Shown: positions 36,203-46,157 of the stretch, piece by piece
Numbering within the stretch: the first letter of the stretch is position 1
Layout: the number at the start of each line of letters is the position of its first letter
Source: an uncultured Desulfobacteraceae bacterium
GTDB taxonomy: Bacteria > Desulfobacterota > Desulfobacteria > Desulfobacterales > JALSRD01
Length of the DNA: 64,000 nucleotides
Direction of reading: 5' to 3'
NCBI GenBank assembly: GCA_964442705.1
Contig: CAYUAQ010000004.1
Span: 4,512-68,511 of the forward strand
The notes under the pieces: model-generated
The model's database searches: none
Told to the model about the DNA's origin: nothing
What the model saw: the letters and a program-made list of their open reading frames with translations, nothing else
Translations under genes and position numbers: made by a program

Positions 36203-36907
36203 ATGCTGACTACGCCAACCGACTGCCGCGGGAATTGTGCCTTGCCCGACCGTAAAGTGCCGGCGGCTCACTGCCGGGTGTGGAAGCTGCTAAGAACACG
36301 GCTGGACATGCTGATGCTGCTGGCGGCCGTCGTGGTTTTCAACGCCCACCTGGCCGGCCTGGGATCCGGCGGCTGGGCCCTTTTCGTGCCGGCGGCCGTC
36401 AAAGGCGGCCAGTGGTGGCGGGTATTTACGCACCCCTTTGTGCACGTCAGCTGGTATCACCTGCTGCTGGATGCCGGCGCATTTTTCCTGCTCTACGACG
36501 GCTTGGAAGAGAAGCGCAGGACCCGAAAACTACTACTCCTGCCCTTTTGCGCAGCCGGGGGGCTGCTGGCGGCCGTGACCTTCTCACCGCTCACCGAAAC
36601 GGCTGGCCTGTGCGGGCTTTCGGGCACGGCCCATGGCCTGATGGCCTTTTCAGGCCTGGAGATGATGCGCACGCCCGGCAGGCGGGGCACGGGTACAGCC
36701 CTCTTCATCCTGGTGGCCGTCAAGAGCCTCTACGAGCTGGCCACCGGCAGGGTGTTTTTCGATTTCCTGCACATGGGGCTGTGCGGCGCGCCCGTGGCCG
36801 CCTGCCACCTCGGTGGCGTGGCCGCCGGCACGGCCGCCTTCGTACTGTTCAGTGTGCTGCCCCACCGCAGCGCAACAGCGCGTCACAGGCATTTCGTCGG
36901 GGCGTGA
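36203..36907 (+). CDS. rrtA: Rhombosortase-like rhomboid-family intramembrane protease
   Basis: Short (234 aa) rhomboid with GGQWWRVFTHPFVHVSWYHLLLDAGAFF, catalytic GLSGTAHGL and ..VAACHLGGVAAG. This pattern and size fit what I remember of rhombosortase rather than a generic GlpG. GAGGA RBS sits 6 nt upstream. Confidence 0.6.
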   Translation: MLTTPTDCRGNCALPDRKVPAAHCRVWKLLRTRLDMLMLLAAVVVFNAHLAGLGSGGWALFVPAAVKGGQWWRVFTHPFVHVSWYHLLLDAGAFFLLYDGLEEKRRTRKLLLLPFCAAGGLLAAVTFSPLTETAGLCGLSGTAHGLMAFSGLEMMRTPGRRGTGTALFILVAVKSLYELATGRVFFDFLHMGLCGAPVAACHLGGVAAGTAAFVLFSVLPHRSATARHRHFVGA

Positions 36908-36913
36908 TGGAGG

Positions 36914-37543
36914 TCATACGGCCTGCGTGATGTCTGCCACGCTTTTGCGCCACTTGGGTGGTGCCAGCTCGGCCTGGGGATCCCGGTAGCCCACCGCCAG
37001 CAGCAGCGAAAGCCAGTAGTCGTCGGAGATGCCGAAGGCCTGGCGCACGCCCTCGTGGTCGAAGCCGTCCATGGGATGCGTATCCAGCCCCAGGCTGGTG
37101 GCGGCGTACATCAGGCCCATGGCGAAAAAAGCCGCGTTCTTGACGGCGAAGGCCAGGCTGGCTTCGGGACTCCACCCGTAAAGGGATTTGGCGGCAGCCA
37201 GAAACCAGTCCCGCTGCCCCTCTTCCATGACGCCGCTTTTGACCATCTCCTGCCAGTTTTTCTCCAGGGTGGGATGGCCCGCCTGCCAGCCCGTCTTGTC
37301 GGCCAGCACGATGAGCACCACCGGCGCCTCGGTGACCTTGGGCTGGTCCCAGGCCAGCTGGCGCAGGCGTGCTTTTTCCTCGGGATCTTTCAGTACCATC
37401 AGGCGCCAGGGCTGCAGGTTGAAGCTGGAAGGCGCCCGTGCCGCCAGTTGGATCATCTGGTCGAGCAGCTCTTGGGGGACTTCCCGGTTTTTGTCGAAAA
37501 AATTAACGGCCCGCCGTTGGCGGGTAATTTCGTCGTAATTCAT
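36914..37543 (-). CDS. Nitroreductase-family flavoprotein
   Basis: RRAVNFF, APSSFNLQPW and a nitroreductase-fold pattern. ATG 37543 has an AGGAG RBS. Confidence 0.75.
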   Translation of the reverse strand: MNYDEITRQRRAVNFFDKNREVPQELLDQMIQLAARAPSSFNLQPWRLMVLKDPEEKARLRQLAWDQPKVTEAPVVLIVLADKTGWQAGHPTLEKNWQEMVKSGVMEEGQRDWFLAAAKSLYGWSPEASLAFAVKNAAFFAMGLMYAATSLGLDTHPMDGFDHEGVRQAFGISDDYWLSLLLAVGYRDPQAELAPPKWRKSVADITQAV

Positions 37544-37643
37544 GGCGCACTCCTTTCCGGTTGGCGGACAGAAGGGCACTATCAGCGCCGCCTACCTGCC
37601 CGGCGATTTGAGAAGACGGCCGGGTTTTCCCGGCCCACCCTTA

Positions 37644-38390
37644 CTAGTGGATCACGTCTTCGCGGTAAAAGTCCTGGCGCAGATCGCCGCGGCTCTCGTA
37701 ATTTTCCCTCCAGCGGGCGATGCGATCCGGGCCGTAGATGCGTTTCCAGGCGGCGACGATGTCCTCCAGCGGCACGTCGTTACAGGTGCCGTGGTCCTCT
37801 ATATATTCCATGAAGCGTTTCTGCTCGAGGTTGAACGGCTGAAAGAGGGAGTCCTCGCGACCGTTGAATTCCAGTGGCGCGACACCGTGGCGCCGGCACA
37901 GTTCGATGTTGAAGGCCGGGGTAGCCTTGACCCAGCGATCCTCCAGATAAAATTCCACGAACCCGTGGTATACGAACCGGTCGCAGCCGAGAAATTCAAT
38001 GAGTTGCCGGGTGGCCAGGTGATTCCTGACCGTGGCAAAACCCAGTCGCGCGGGAATTCTCAACGCGCGGCCCAGTGCGCACAGTAGCGCCGCCTTGGGG
38101 ATGCAGAAGGCACGTCCTCTGGCGAGGACATTACTGGCCCGGTAGTGTTCGGGCAGATAAAAAGGCGTGTACGGATCGTACCAGATGGTGTCGCGCACAA
38201 AATAATACAGCGCGATGGCCCGCTTGACGGGGTCGCTACTGACCTGGCCAGCCGTCTTGGCGGCGATCCCTGCCACGGCGGGATGGTCGCAGTCGATGAT
38301 GGCGGTGGGTTCCAGGCAGGCCTCGGGCGGCGGATCGATGCGCAGATCGGTTTTCATGGTGCCTTTTCCAGCGGGTTCGTTGGTTGACAT
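37644..38390 (-). CDS. Transglutaminase-like cysteine protease superfamily protein
   Basis: RGRAFCIPKAALLCALGRALRIPAR (catalytic Cys context) followed by H...VEFYLEDRWV..TP (His/Asp region). Confidence 0.65.
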   Translation of the reverse strand: MSTNEPAGKGTMKTDLRIDPPPEACLEPTAIIDCDHPAVAGIAAKTAGQVSSDPVKRAIALYYFVRDTIWYDPYTPFYLPEHYRASNVLARGRAFCIPKAALLCALGRALRIPARLGFATVRNHLATRQLIEFLGCDRFVYHGFVEFYLEDRWVKATPAFNIELCRRHGVAPLEFNGREDSLFQPFNLEQKRFMEYIEDHGTCNDVPLEDIVAAWKRIYGPDRIARWRENYESRGDLRQDFYREDVIH

Positions 38391-38462
38391 GCCCCGGGGA
38401 ACATGTGATATTCACGACCAATACCACAACCATAAGCAGTAACCTCCTCGAAAGCAACTTGT

Positions 38463-39584
38463 TTGAAGAGACAAACCATGCAGCTTTTCGACATCGCCAT
38501 CGTGGGGGCCGGCCCGGGTGGGCTGGCTTGCGCCATCAAGGCGCGGGAGCTGGGACTGAGCTACGTGCTGCTGGAAAAGGGCGGGCGCGTGTTTCAAGGC
38601 ATCATCGACTCCTACCCCCGGGGCAAGAAGGTCTATCCCACCATTCCCCGGGGCGAGTCAGGCCCCTTTCCCATCCCTGAACTGGAGCCCAGCCCGGACA
38701 ACGAACCGGTGGAAGAGTACATCGCCAAGATAGAGGCCTGCGTGGAACAGTTGGGCATCGAGATCCGCTTCAACGAGGACTTCCAGGACATCGCCAGAGA
38801 AAAAGACGGTTTCCAGGTGGTCACGCGCACCAGCCGGTATGCGGCCAGCAACGTGGTGCTGGCCTTCGGCAGCAACATCCCCATCGACCTGGGCGTTTAC
38901 GGTGAGGCCAAGACGGTGGCCCGCAAGCTGGACAAAACCGAGGAGCACATCGGCGCTCCCACCCTGGTGCTGGGCGGCGGCAACGCCGCGGCCGACGTGG
39001 TTTCCACCCTGTCGAAGGCCAAGCGTGCCGCCGGCGACAGTACCCCCATCTACTGGGGCCACCGCAAGGAGCAGTTCAAGGTCAACAAGGAGGTGGCCCG
39101 CGACCTGGGCGAAGAGATCCTGCTGGGCGGCAACATCAAGATCCTGGTGGGCGCCGTTCCCAAGATCGGCGAAGTGGACGAAGAAGGGGTCGAGCGGTTG
39201 ATCATCCACACCCGCAACATCCACATCGGCAAGGGGGTCGAACTGCAGCAGGGCATGAGCTTTCCCATGAAGCACGTCATCGCCTGCATCGGCACCCAGG
39301 GACCGGCCCCGGTCTTCGAGCGCTTGGGGCTGCAGCAGATCACCTGCACCGAGGGCATCTGCCGCATCGGAAAAGAAGGCGCCCGGCTGATCCTGCTGAC
39401 CGCCGCCTGCCAAACCACCACCCACGGGGTCTACACCATCGGCGGTGCCATCAGCCCCGTGCACATCGTGGTCAAGGACGAGGGCAGCTTCCGCGAGACC
39501 AAGCACTCCAATCTCATTTTTACCGCCGTCCGCGACGGTGTCACGGCCGTCGAAGACATCGCCCGGCGAATGGCGCAACCGTAA
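38463..39584 (+). CDS. FAD-dependent pyridine-nucleotide-disulfide-type oxidoreductase
   Basis: DIAIVGAGPGGLACA dinucleotide fold, a second GGGNAAADV fold, and C-terminal GVYTIGG. Confidence 0.7.
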   Translation: MKRQTMQLFDIAIVGAGPGGLACAIKARELGLSYVLLEKGGRVFQGIIDSYPRGKKVYPTIPRGESGPFPIPELEPSPDNEPVEEYIAKIEACVEQLGIEIRFNEDFQDIAREKDGFQVVTRTSRYAASNVVLAFGSNIPIDLGVYGEAKTVARKLDKTEEHIGAPTLVLGGGNAAADVVSTLSKAKRAAGDSTPIYWGHRKEQFKVNKEVARDLGEEILLGGNIKILVGAVPKIGEVDEEGVERLIIHTRNIHIGKGVELQQGMSFPMKHVIACIGTQGPAPVFERLGLQQITCTEGICRIGKEGARLILLTAACQTTTHGVYTIGGAISPVHIVVKDEGSFRETKHSNLIFTAVRDGVTAVEDIARRMAQP

Positions 39585-39690
39585 AATACGTTCTCCTGCT
39601 TTGCTGCGGCTACTTCCCCTTTCCCTGTGAATATGGGCATATTGCCGGATCTGACGACTTCAGCCGGGATGGGCGGCAGGGACTCCGGTT

Positions 39691-40995
39691 TCACTGCTTC
39701 GGGCGCAGTTCGAGGGGAGGCGTCCAGTCCTGGCTGGCGACCCCCGGCGCCGGGCGGCCCCAGGTGTTCTGGTACTTGTCGGGCTGATCGGTAAAGAAAC
39801 GCACGATCAGGCGATGGAGCATGTTCATGTTCGGCAGCATGCCGTGGAAGCCGGCCGTCTCTTTCAGAATACGGTCGCGCACCTCCCAGTAGCCGAAATC
39901 GTCCGGGACTATCAGCACCAGATTCTTTTCGGACAAAAACGGCGGCACGGCGCCTTCATAGGGCACCGTGCCGTCGCCGGTCAGACGTCGCTGCAGCGGA
40001 TCCTCGTCTTCCCAGGCATTGGCGCGGTCTTCGCTCCGCAGATCGAAATAGGGCTGGTTGCCGCGCTTGATGATCCTGAGCTTCACACGCGTCTCGGTGT
40101 CGACACCCACCACGGCCAGCCAGCGCGCCGCTTCCATTCCCGCACTGGCCAGCGCGAAGTCCTGCAGGCGGTCCCAGTGGGCCCTGGCCTGATCCAGCAG
40201 GGATTGGAACAGGACGCGTGCCTGGGCCATGCGGGTTCTCGCCGGCGTGATGCCGTGCTTGCGGATAAATTCGGCGATGGAGGCCACCACGCTGGGTTGC
40301 CACACGCCGGCATCGAAAAGCGAGTCGGGCAGCGACGGGTCGACCTCGATGCCCCGGGAGAAGCTCGGCACCAGGTGATACAGCGCCGGCGTCATGCGCG
40401 CGGCTTCGCGCTCGCGGGAACTCGGCGCGGCCAGGCCCAGGCTGGCGGTGCCGGTGGTCACCTTGATGACGGCTTCAAAGGATCCCCGGAAGGGCGCTGC
40501 CAGGGTCACCACTTTGTGAACCGGTGCCCGCTCGCGTTCCATGGCCAGATACCCGGCCACCACCAGCCCGCCCATGGAGTGTCCCACCAGGTTGACCTTG
40601 GGGTCATCCTGGTAGTTGTCCTGGTGGTAGTGCTTCAGCAGACTGGTCCGGTCGATCACCTCGGCCACAAAAGCGGCCAGCTTTTTTTCAGTGGCTTCCA
40701 GCGGCATGCGCCAGTCATAGCTGAAGGCATAGACCGGCACCGGCCTGTCCGCCCGCGGCGAAAGGTTGTAGCGCAGCTCTTCGATCAGGTCTGCATAGAC
40801 GATCTCGAAGACCTCCCCGGCCCTGACCCGGGCCGGCTCCTGCGCTTCGTAACGCAGGTCGTTGGGGTGCAGGGCGAATCGCTCGTAGCCCCTGGTGGTG
40901 ATCTTCCAGATATCCTCGGACGGAAGCGGGTATTCATCCCGCAGGCAGGTGGCCGTGATGCCGGGCACGACGATGACCGGGTGCGGCAGTGGCAT
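39691..40995 (-). CDS. Alpha/beta hydrolase, LCAT/PGAP1-like lipase/esterase
   Basis: VVPGI..T.L, YDWR, and nucleophile elbow LVGHSMGGLV. Confidence 0.6.
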   Translation of the reverse strand: MPLPHPVIVVPGITATCLRDEYPLPSEDIWKITTRGYERFALHPNDLRYEAQEPARVRAGEVFEIVYADLIEELRYNLSPRADRPVPVYAFSYDWRMPLEATEKKLAAFVAEVIDRTSLLKHYHQDNYQDDPKVNLVGHSMGGLVVAGYLAMERERAPVHKVVTLAAPFRGSFEAVIKVTTGTASLGLAAPSSREREAARMTPALYHLVPSFSRGIEVDPSLPDSLFDAGVWQPSVVASIAEFIRKHGITPARTRMAQARVLFQSLLDQARAHWDRLQDFALASAGMEAARWLAVVGVDTETRVKLRIIKRGNQPYFDLRSEDRANAWEDEDPLQRRLTGDGTVPYEGAVPPFLSEKNLVLIVPDDFGYWEVRDRILKETAGFHGMLPNMNMLHRLIVRFFTDQPDKYQNTWGRPAPGVASQDWTPPLELRPKQ

Positions 40996-41277
40996 GGCAC
41001 TTCTCCCCTCTCTGGTAAGAGCTTGAAAATGTTATTGCAATATGGCTATTTCTGGCAACACGAGTTAATGACGGTCATATCCTTTCTCCTTTGTTTGATT
41101 CATAGCGCAGCAATATGCATACAGGCAACCGATTTCGATTTCCCTGAATCTCGAGACATATTACTTCTAGCTTGCGATGCTCGGCTCTGGCGGCATTAAT
41201 TGAGCCACACCCTTATTACCGAAATATGGTTCTCCCAAAGGGCATATCAAAATTTTACGTGGTGAATGGAAAAGATT

Positions 41278-42369
41278 TCAACCGTCCTGGTCCAGCTTTT
41301 TCCAGGCGGTGAAGGCGGTATCGAGAAAAAAGGATGCGGCGGCCTCGAAAACCCGGGAGACGGGGATCTGTCGCATGCAGTCGCCGGTGCCCAGGGGGCA
41401 GGTGCGCTTGAAGCAAGGGCTGCAGGCGATGCCGGTGCGGATGACGCGGTGTTGGGTGCCGTAGGGGCCGGTGCGCCAGGGCGCCGTGGGGCCGAAAAGG
41501 GCGACGACCGGGGTGTCCACCGCGCAGGCCAGGTGCATGGGGCCGGTGTCGGTGGAGACCAGCAGTCGGCAGCGCCGGTAGAGGGCCGCCAGGGTCTTGA
41601 GGGAAGTTTCGCCGGCCAGGCTGACGGCCGGGAAGGCCATGCGCGACAGGATGTCGGCGATGACGGGGCGGTCCTGGGCGCTGCCGGTGAACACCACCCG
41701 GGCGCCGCAGCGGTGGATCAGCCGGTCGGCCAGCCGGGCGAAGGCCGACGGCGACCAGAGCTTGGTCTCCCACTTGGCCACGGGATTGACGGCCACTAGG
41801 GGCCTGGAGGCGTCGATGCCGTGGCGTCCGAGCAGTTCGTCCACGGCGCGCCGTTCGCTTTTGCCCACCGGCAGGTCGTAGGTGAACAGCCCGCGGGGGA
41901 TGCCCAGGGCCTCGAGCAGCATCAGGCCGCGGTCCAGGGCGTGGATTTCCATGTCCACGGCCGGGATGCGCTCATTCAAGAACAGGTAGCTGTGCTCCAT
42001 GTGCGTAAGGCCCGGTCCGAACCCTACCTTGCGCCGGCCCCGGGCCAGGGCGATGAGCACGGCGCTTTTCAGCAGGGCCTGGAAATCGATGATCAGGTCG
42101 TAGCGCGTGTCGCGCAGCGCCCGGATGAAAGCGCGCATTTCCTGCAGGCTCCTGGTGCGTCCGGGGCCTTTCAGTTCCCTGAGCCAGTGCTGGCGCCGCG
42201 AGACCAGCACGCGGTCCAGGGCCCGGTGGCCCCGCACCAGGTCGGCGGCGGCTTCCTCCACCAGCCAGGTGATGCGGGCCCCGGGGTGGCGCCGCCGCAG
42301 GGCATTGAGGGCCGGCAGGGTGTGGATCACGTCGCCGATGGCGCTCAGCTTGACGATCAGGATGTTCAC
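41278..42369 (-). CDS. Glycosyltransferase family 9 (LPS heptosyltransferase, WaaC-like)
   Basis: NILIVKLSAIGDVIHTLPAL N-terminus and the STDTGPMHLA motif. GTG 42369 overlaps the upstream stop (GTGA). The longer 507-aa ORF is an overextension. Confidence 0.8.
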   Translation of the reverse strand: MNILIVKLSAIGDVIHTLPALNALRRRHPGARITWLVEEAAADLVRGHRALDRVLVSRRQHWLRELKGPGRTRSLQEMRAFIRALRDTRYDLIIDFQALLKSAVLIALARGRRKVGFGPGLTHMEHSYLFLNERIPAVDMEIHALDRGLMLLEALGIPRGLFTYDLPVGKSERRAVDELLGRHGIDASRPLVAVNPVAKWETKLWSPSAFARLADRLIHRCGARVVFTGSAQDRPVIADILSRMAFPAVSLAGETSLKTLAALYRRCRLLVSTDTGPMHLACAVDTPVVALFGPTAPWRTGPYGTQHRVIRTGIACSPCFKRTCPLGTGDCMRQIPVSRVFEAAASFFLDTAFTAWKKLDQDG

Positions 42370-43412
42370 AGCATTTCCTCGGCGGCGGCAAATACCATGT
42401 CCACGGTGATGTCGCGCATACAGTTCATGTGGCCCAGGGGGCACTGGGGCTTGAGGCAAGGGGCGCAGTCGACAGCGCTTTTGACCACCCGGCTGTTGGT
42501 GCTGAAGGGGCCCGTGGTCACAGGGTTGGTGGACCCGAAGATGGCGACCAGGGGCACGTCCAGGGCCGCGGCCACGTGCATCAGCCCGGAGTCGTTGGTG
42601 ATGAACAGGTGGCAGGCCGCGATCAGGGCCATGGCCTCGCCCAGGCCGGTGCGGCCGCACAGGTCGATGGGCGGCCGTCGCATGGCAGCGGCGATGCGGT
42701 CGCCCAGCACCCGGTCGCCGGGACCGCCGAAGATGGCGACGACGGCGTCGTATGTTGCCTGCAGACGGTCGGCCAGGGCGGCAAAGCGCTCCGGGAACCA
42801 CTGCTTGGTGGGTCCGAAAGTGGCGCTGGGGTTGATGCCGATCAGTTTTTTGTTTTTACTGATGTCCCACTGCGCCAGGCGCCTGGCGGCGCGCCGGCGA
42901 TCGTCGGCGCCCAGTTGGAGGAAGAGTTCCGCGCTGCCGATATGCAGGCCGGCGCCTGCCAGCATGGCCAGATAGTAGCCGGTCTGGTGGATGGTCTTCA
43001 CCTGTCGCGTGCGGTGGACCGGGTGGGTCAGCAGCAGGCGCCGGCCGTCGGTGTCGAAGCCCACGCGCAGCGGGATGCCGGCCAGCCAGGTGATCAGGGC
43101 GGCCTCGATGGCGTTCTGCAGCAGGATGGCGGCATCGAAGCGGTGGCGCCGCAGGTCCCGCGCCAGGCGCAGCCTGCCGCCCGTGCCCCGGTGGCGGCCC
43201 TTGGCCTCGTAGACCACGATGCGGTCCACGTGGGGGCTGTTTTGGAAAACCGGTACCACCCAGGGTTTGGCCAGCAGGCTGATCTCGGCCCGGGGGAAGT
43301 TTTCGCGGATGGCGCGCACGGCCGGCGTGGTCATGACGGCGTCGCCGATCCAGTTGGTGGCCCGGACCAGGAGCCGCTTGACGCCATGCGTGTCGATGGG
43401 TGCAGGAGACAT
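42366..43412 (-). CDS. Glycosyltransferase family 9 (LPS heptosyltransferase II, WaaF-like)
   Basis: RLLVRATNWIGDAVMTTPAVRAI, TNDSGLMHVAAAL. ATG 43412 lies 1 nt after the waaA stop. Confidence 0.8.
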   Translation of the reverse strand: MSPAPIDTHGVKRLLVRATNWIGDAVMTTPAVRAIRENFPRAEISLLAKPWVVPVFQNSPHVDRIVVYEAKGRHRGTGGRLRLARDLRRHRFDAAILLQNAIEAALITWLAGIPLRVGFDTDGRRLLLTHPVHRTRQVKTIHQTGYYLAMLAGAGLHIGSAELFLQLGADDRRRAARRLAQWDISKNKKLIGINPSATFGPTKQWFPERFAALADRLQATYDAVVAIFGGPGDRVLGDRIAAAMRRPPIDLCGRTGLGEAMALIAACHLFITNDSGLMHVAAALDVPLVAIFGSTNPVTTGPFSTNSRVVKSAVDCAPCLKPQCPLGHMNCMRDITVDMVFAAAEEML

Positions 43413-43413
43413 A

Positions 43414-44736
43414 TCAGGACAGCAGGCCTCGAATGATGGCAACGGTTTTTTCCACGGCGCCGCCGGAAGTTTCACACACGCGGCGGGCAGCCTCTCCGGC
43501 AGCGGCGGCCTTGGCCGGATCTTCCAGCAGCGCGGCGGCGGCTTCGGCCAATTGGATGCCGTCTCGGACTTCCACGGCACCGCCCGCGGTTTTGAGCTTG
43601 TCGGCGATGTGGGCGAAATCGCTCATGTGCGGCCCGAAGATCACCGGCCGGGCGTGGGCGGCCGGTTCCAGGGGGTTGTGCCCCCCCAGCGGTGCCAGGC
43701 TGCCGCCCACAATAGCCACTGCCGCCAACGCATAGAGGTCCCGCAGCAGGCCCATGCGGTCGAACACCAGGACATCGGCTCCCAGGTCCCCGCTGTTTGC
43801 GGCCATGTCTCCGAAGATGCGGCAAGTCAGCTTGGCGTTTTCCAGCTGCCGGCGGAAAGCGGCGCTTCTGCGGGGATCGCGGGGTACGACCACGAAGAGC
43901 ACGTTGTCGAAGCGGTTTTTGAGTTTGACGAAGGCATCGGCCAGCGGGGGGGCCTCGGCGCGGTGCACGCTGCCGGCCACCACCACATGCCGGGCGGCCC
44001 GGCGGCGGATGAGGTTTTCAACGTGTGCCAGCGCCGGATCGGGTCTCGGGGGCGCTGTCGCATCGGACTTGAGGTTGCCGGTGAAGACGATTTTTCCCGG
44101 TGGAATCCCCAGGTCGGCGAAGCGCCGGCCGTCCCGGGGCGACTGGGTGCAGAGGGCCGCAAAGGACGAGAAAAGGGGCACGCTCAGGGACGGCACCCGG
44201 CGGTAGCCGGACAGGGATCTGGAGGACAGGCGGGCGTTGACCAGGATGGAAGGAACGCGGCGCCGGTGAAGCTCCCAGAGAAAATTAGGCCAGATGTCCG
44301 ACTCCACCAGCACGAACAGCGCGGGATTGACCCGCCCCACGACGAACCGCACGCAGGGCGGCAGGTCATAGGGATAGTAAAAAACGGCATGGGCAGTGGT
44401 GTCCAGGCGCCGGACAGCCATCTCGAACCCGGTGTAGGTGGATGCCGAGAAAAAAAGAGGCCGCGGCGCCAGCACGTCCCGCAGACGCTTTGCCAGGGGC
44501 ACGGCCGAGAGCACTTCCCCCACGGACAGGGCGTGCATCCACACCGGGCGCGGACCGCCGATTTGCGCCGGCGGCCGGCGCACCAGGCCCAGGCGGGGCA
44601 ATACCGTGCGGCGGCGCTTTTCGCTGGCCACCGCCGCTGGCAGCAGCAGGGGCCACAGCAGGGTCGTGCCGGCGGCCATCAGCAGGTTGTACAGGCGCAT
44701 CCAGCGGCGCCAGCGTAGCTGTTCCACGGATTCCAT
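43414..44736 (-). CDS. waaA: 3-deoxy-D-manno-octulosonic acid (Kdo) transferase
   Basis: WMHALSVGEV, N-terminal anchor helix, GGS....GGHNPLEPAA motif. The start is uncertain (ATG 44736 or 44700). Confidence 0.8.
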   Translation of the reverse strand: MESVEQLRWRRWMRLYNLLMAAGTTLLWPLLLPAAVASEKRRRTVLPRLGLVRRPPAQIGGPRPVWMHALSVGEVLSAVPLAKRLRDVLAPRPLFFSASTYTGFEMAVRRLDTTAHAVFYYPYDLPPCVRFVVGRVNPALFVLVESDIWPNFLWELHRRRVPSILVNARLSSRSLSGYRRVPSLSVPLFSSFAALCTQSPRDGRRFADLGIPPGKIVFTGNLKSDATAPPRPDPALAHVENLIRRRAARHVVVAGSVHRAEAPPLADAFVKLKNRFDNVLFVVVPRDPRRSAAFRRQLENAKLTCRIFGDMAANSGDLGADVLVFDRMGLLRDLYALAAVAIVGGSLAPLGGHNPLEPAAHARPVIFGPHMSDFAHIADKLKTAGGAVEVRDGIQLAEAAAALLEDPAKAAAAGEAARRVCETSGGAVEKTVAIIRGLLS

Positions 44737-44914
44737 GGGGGCAGGGTAGTATAAATGCGGTTTGATTGCAACTTTCGGGAGGGGATCGCCGGTCGGTCGG
44801 TTTCGGCCGGGGGGCGCAGGGCACCGGGAAAAAATTGTTTTGACTTTTGGCATGATTGAGACTAATTTTATAAATTACGAGCAGGTGGATTGTTAACAAT
44901 ATCGGGAGCTAAAT

Positions 44915-45961
44915 ATGGCCAAAGCGCTTACCTACAAAGATGCCGGTGTCGATATCGACAAAGCCGATCGGTTTGTGGGAGAGATCAAGGAAATCGCCCG
45001 CCAGACCTTCATTCCCGGGGTGATGGGGGAGCTGGGTGGTTTCGGAGGACTCTTTTCGTTGAATACCGAGGGCATGGAGACCCCGGTGCTGGTAAGCTCC
45101 ACCGACGGCGTGGGCACCAAGCTCAAGATCGCTTTTGCCATGGACCGGCATGACACGGTGGGCATCGACCTGGTGGGCATGTGCGTCAACGATATCGCCG
45201 TCCAGGGGGCCAGACCGTTGTTTTTTCTGGATTATCTGGCCATGGGCCAGCTGGACACGCGGGTGGCCACCGAGGTGCTCGAGGGCATCGCCGAGGGTTG
45301 CCGCCAGGCCAAATGTGCGCTCATCGGCGGCGAAACGGCCGAGATGCCCGGCATTTACAACCCCGGCGAGTATGATCTGGCCGGTTTTGCGGTAGGGGTG
45401 GTTGACAATACCGATATCGTGGACGGTTCGGAAATCGGCGTGGGGCACAGGCTGGTGGGCGTGGCCTCCAACGGGCTTCACAGCAACGGGTACTCCCTGG
45501 TTCGTAAGATCTGTTTCGATATTTTGAAACTGCGCCTGGACATGCAGGTGCCCGAGCTGGGCTGCACCCTGGGTGAAGAGCTGCTCAAACCGACGCGTAT
45601 TTACACCCAGACCATTCGTCGCCTGATGCGCGACTTTCCGATCCATGGGCTGGCCCACATCACCGGCGGCGGCATCGCCGACAACGTGGTGCGCATCCTG
45701 CCCAACGCCTGCGGCGTGGTGCTGCGCAGGGGCAGCTGGGACGTCCCGCCCATATTTTCATTCCTTCAGCAAGCCGGCCGGGTATCCGACGTGGAGATGA
45801 TGCGTACCTTCAACAACGGCCTGGGCCTCATCGTGGTGGCACCACACCGTGCCGTTCAAGAGATCCTGGAGCGACTCCGCGCCATGGGGGAAACCGCTTT
45901 TGTCATTGGAGAGGTGGTGGAGCGTCAGGGCGATGAGCGCATTGAGTGGGAGGACGCATGA
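44915..45961 (+). CDS. purM: Phosphoribosylformylglycinamidine cyclo-ligase (AIR synthetase)
   Basis: YKDAGVDID, DGVGTK, DLVGMCVNDI, GGETAEMPG and HITGGG are canonical PurM motifs. Confidence 0.95.
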   Translation: MAKALTYKDAGVDIDKADRFVGEIKEIARQTFIPGVMGELGGFGGLFSLNTEGMETPVLVSSTDGVGTKLKIAFAMDRHDTVGIDLVGMCVNDIAVQGARPLFFLDYLAMGQLDTRVATEVLEGIAEGCRQAKCALIGGETAEMPGIYNPGEYDLAGFAVGVVDNTDIVDGSEIGVGHRLVGVASNGLHSNGYSLVRKICFDILKLRLDMQVPELGCTLGEELLKPTRIYTQTIRRLMRDFPIHGLAHITGGGIADNVVRILPNACGVVLRRGSWDVPPIFSFLQQAGRVSDVEMMRTFNNGLGLIVVAPHRAVQEILERLRAMGETAFVIGEVVERQGDERIEWEDA

Positions 45962-46157
45962 AAAAAACGGAAACAGCGCCATCTGGCGACGGCCGGGGGC
46001 AGGCGCGCGGCTCCCTTTTTATCCGGTTTCTGAAGTGGATTGAAAAGGGGCGCCGGGAAGCGCCGCTGTGTTCCAGTTGAGCGGTGCGCAGCAGCGGCAC
46101 AGGTTGGGTGCCGCCTGACAACCGCAACACCGGTCGGAAGAAGTAACCCGGGAAATC

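Noticed and set aside
41278-43580. Long N-terminal extensions in the ORF track (507-aa and 404-aa versions of the two GT9 genes). The same applies to 1078 (pylB), 3344 (pylD), 10352-11512, 13343-14335, 25456-26565, 33934 and 60425-62941.
   Set aside because: The extensions overlap the upstream genes, are Arg/Pro-rich and lack homology. Internal starts coincide with RBS-like sequences or stop/start overlaps and with the N-termini expected for each family.
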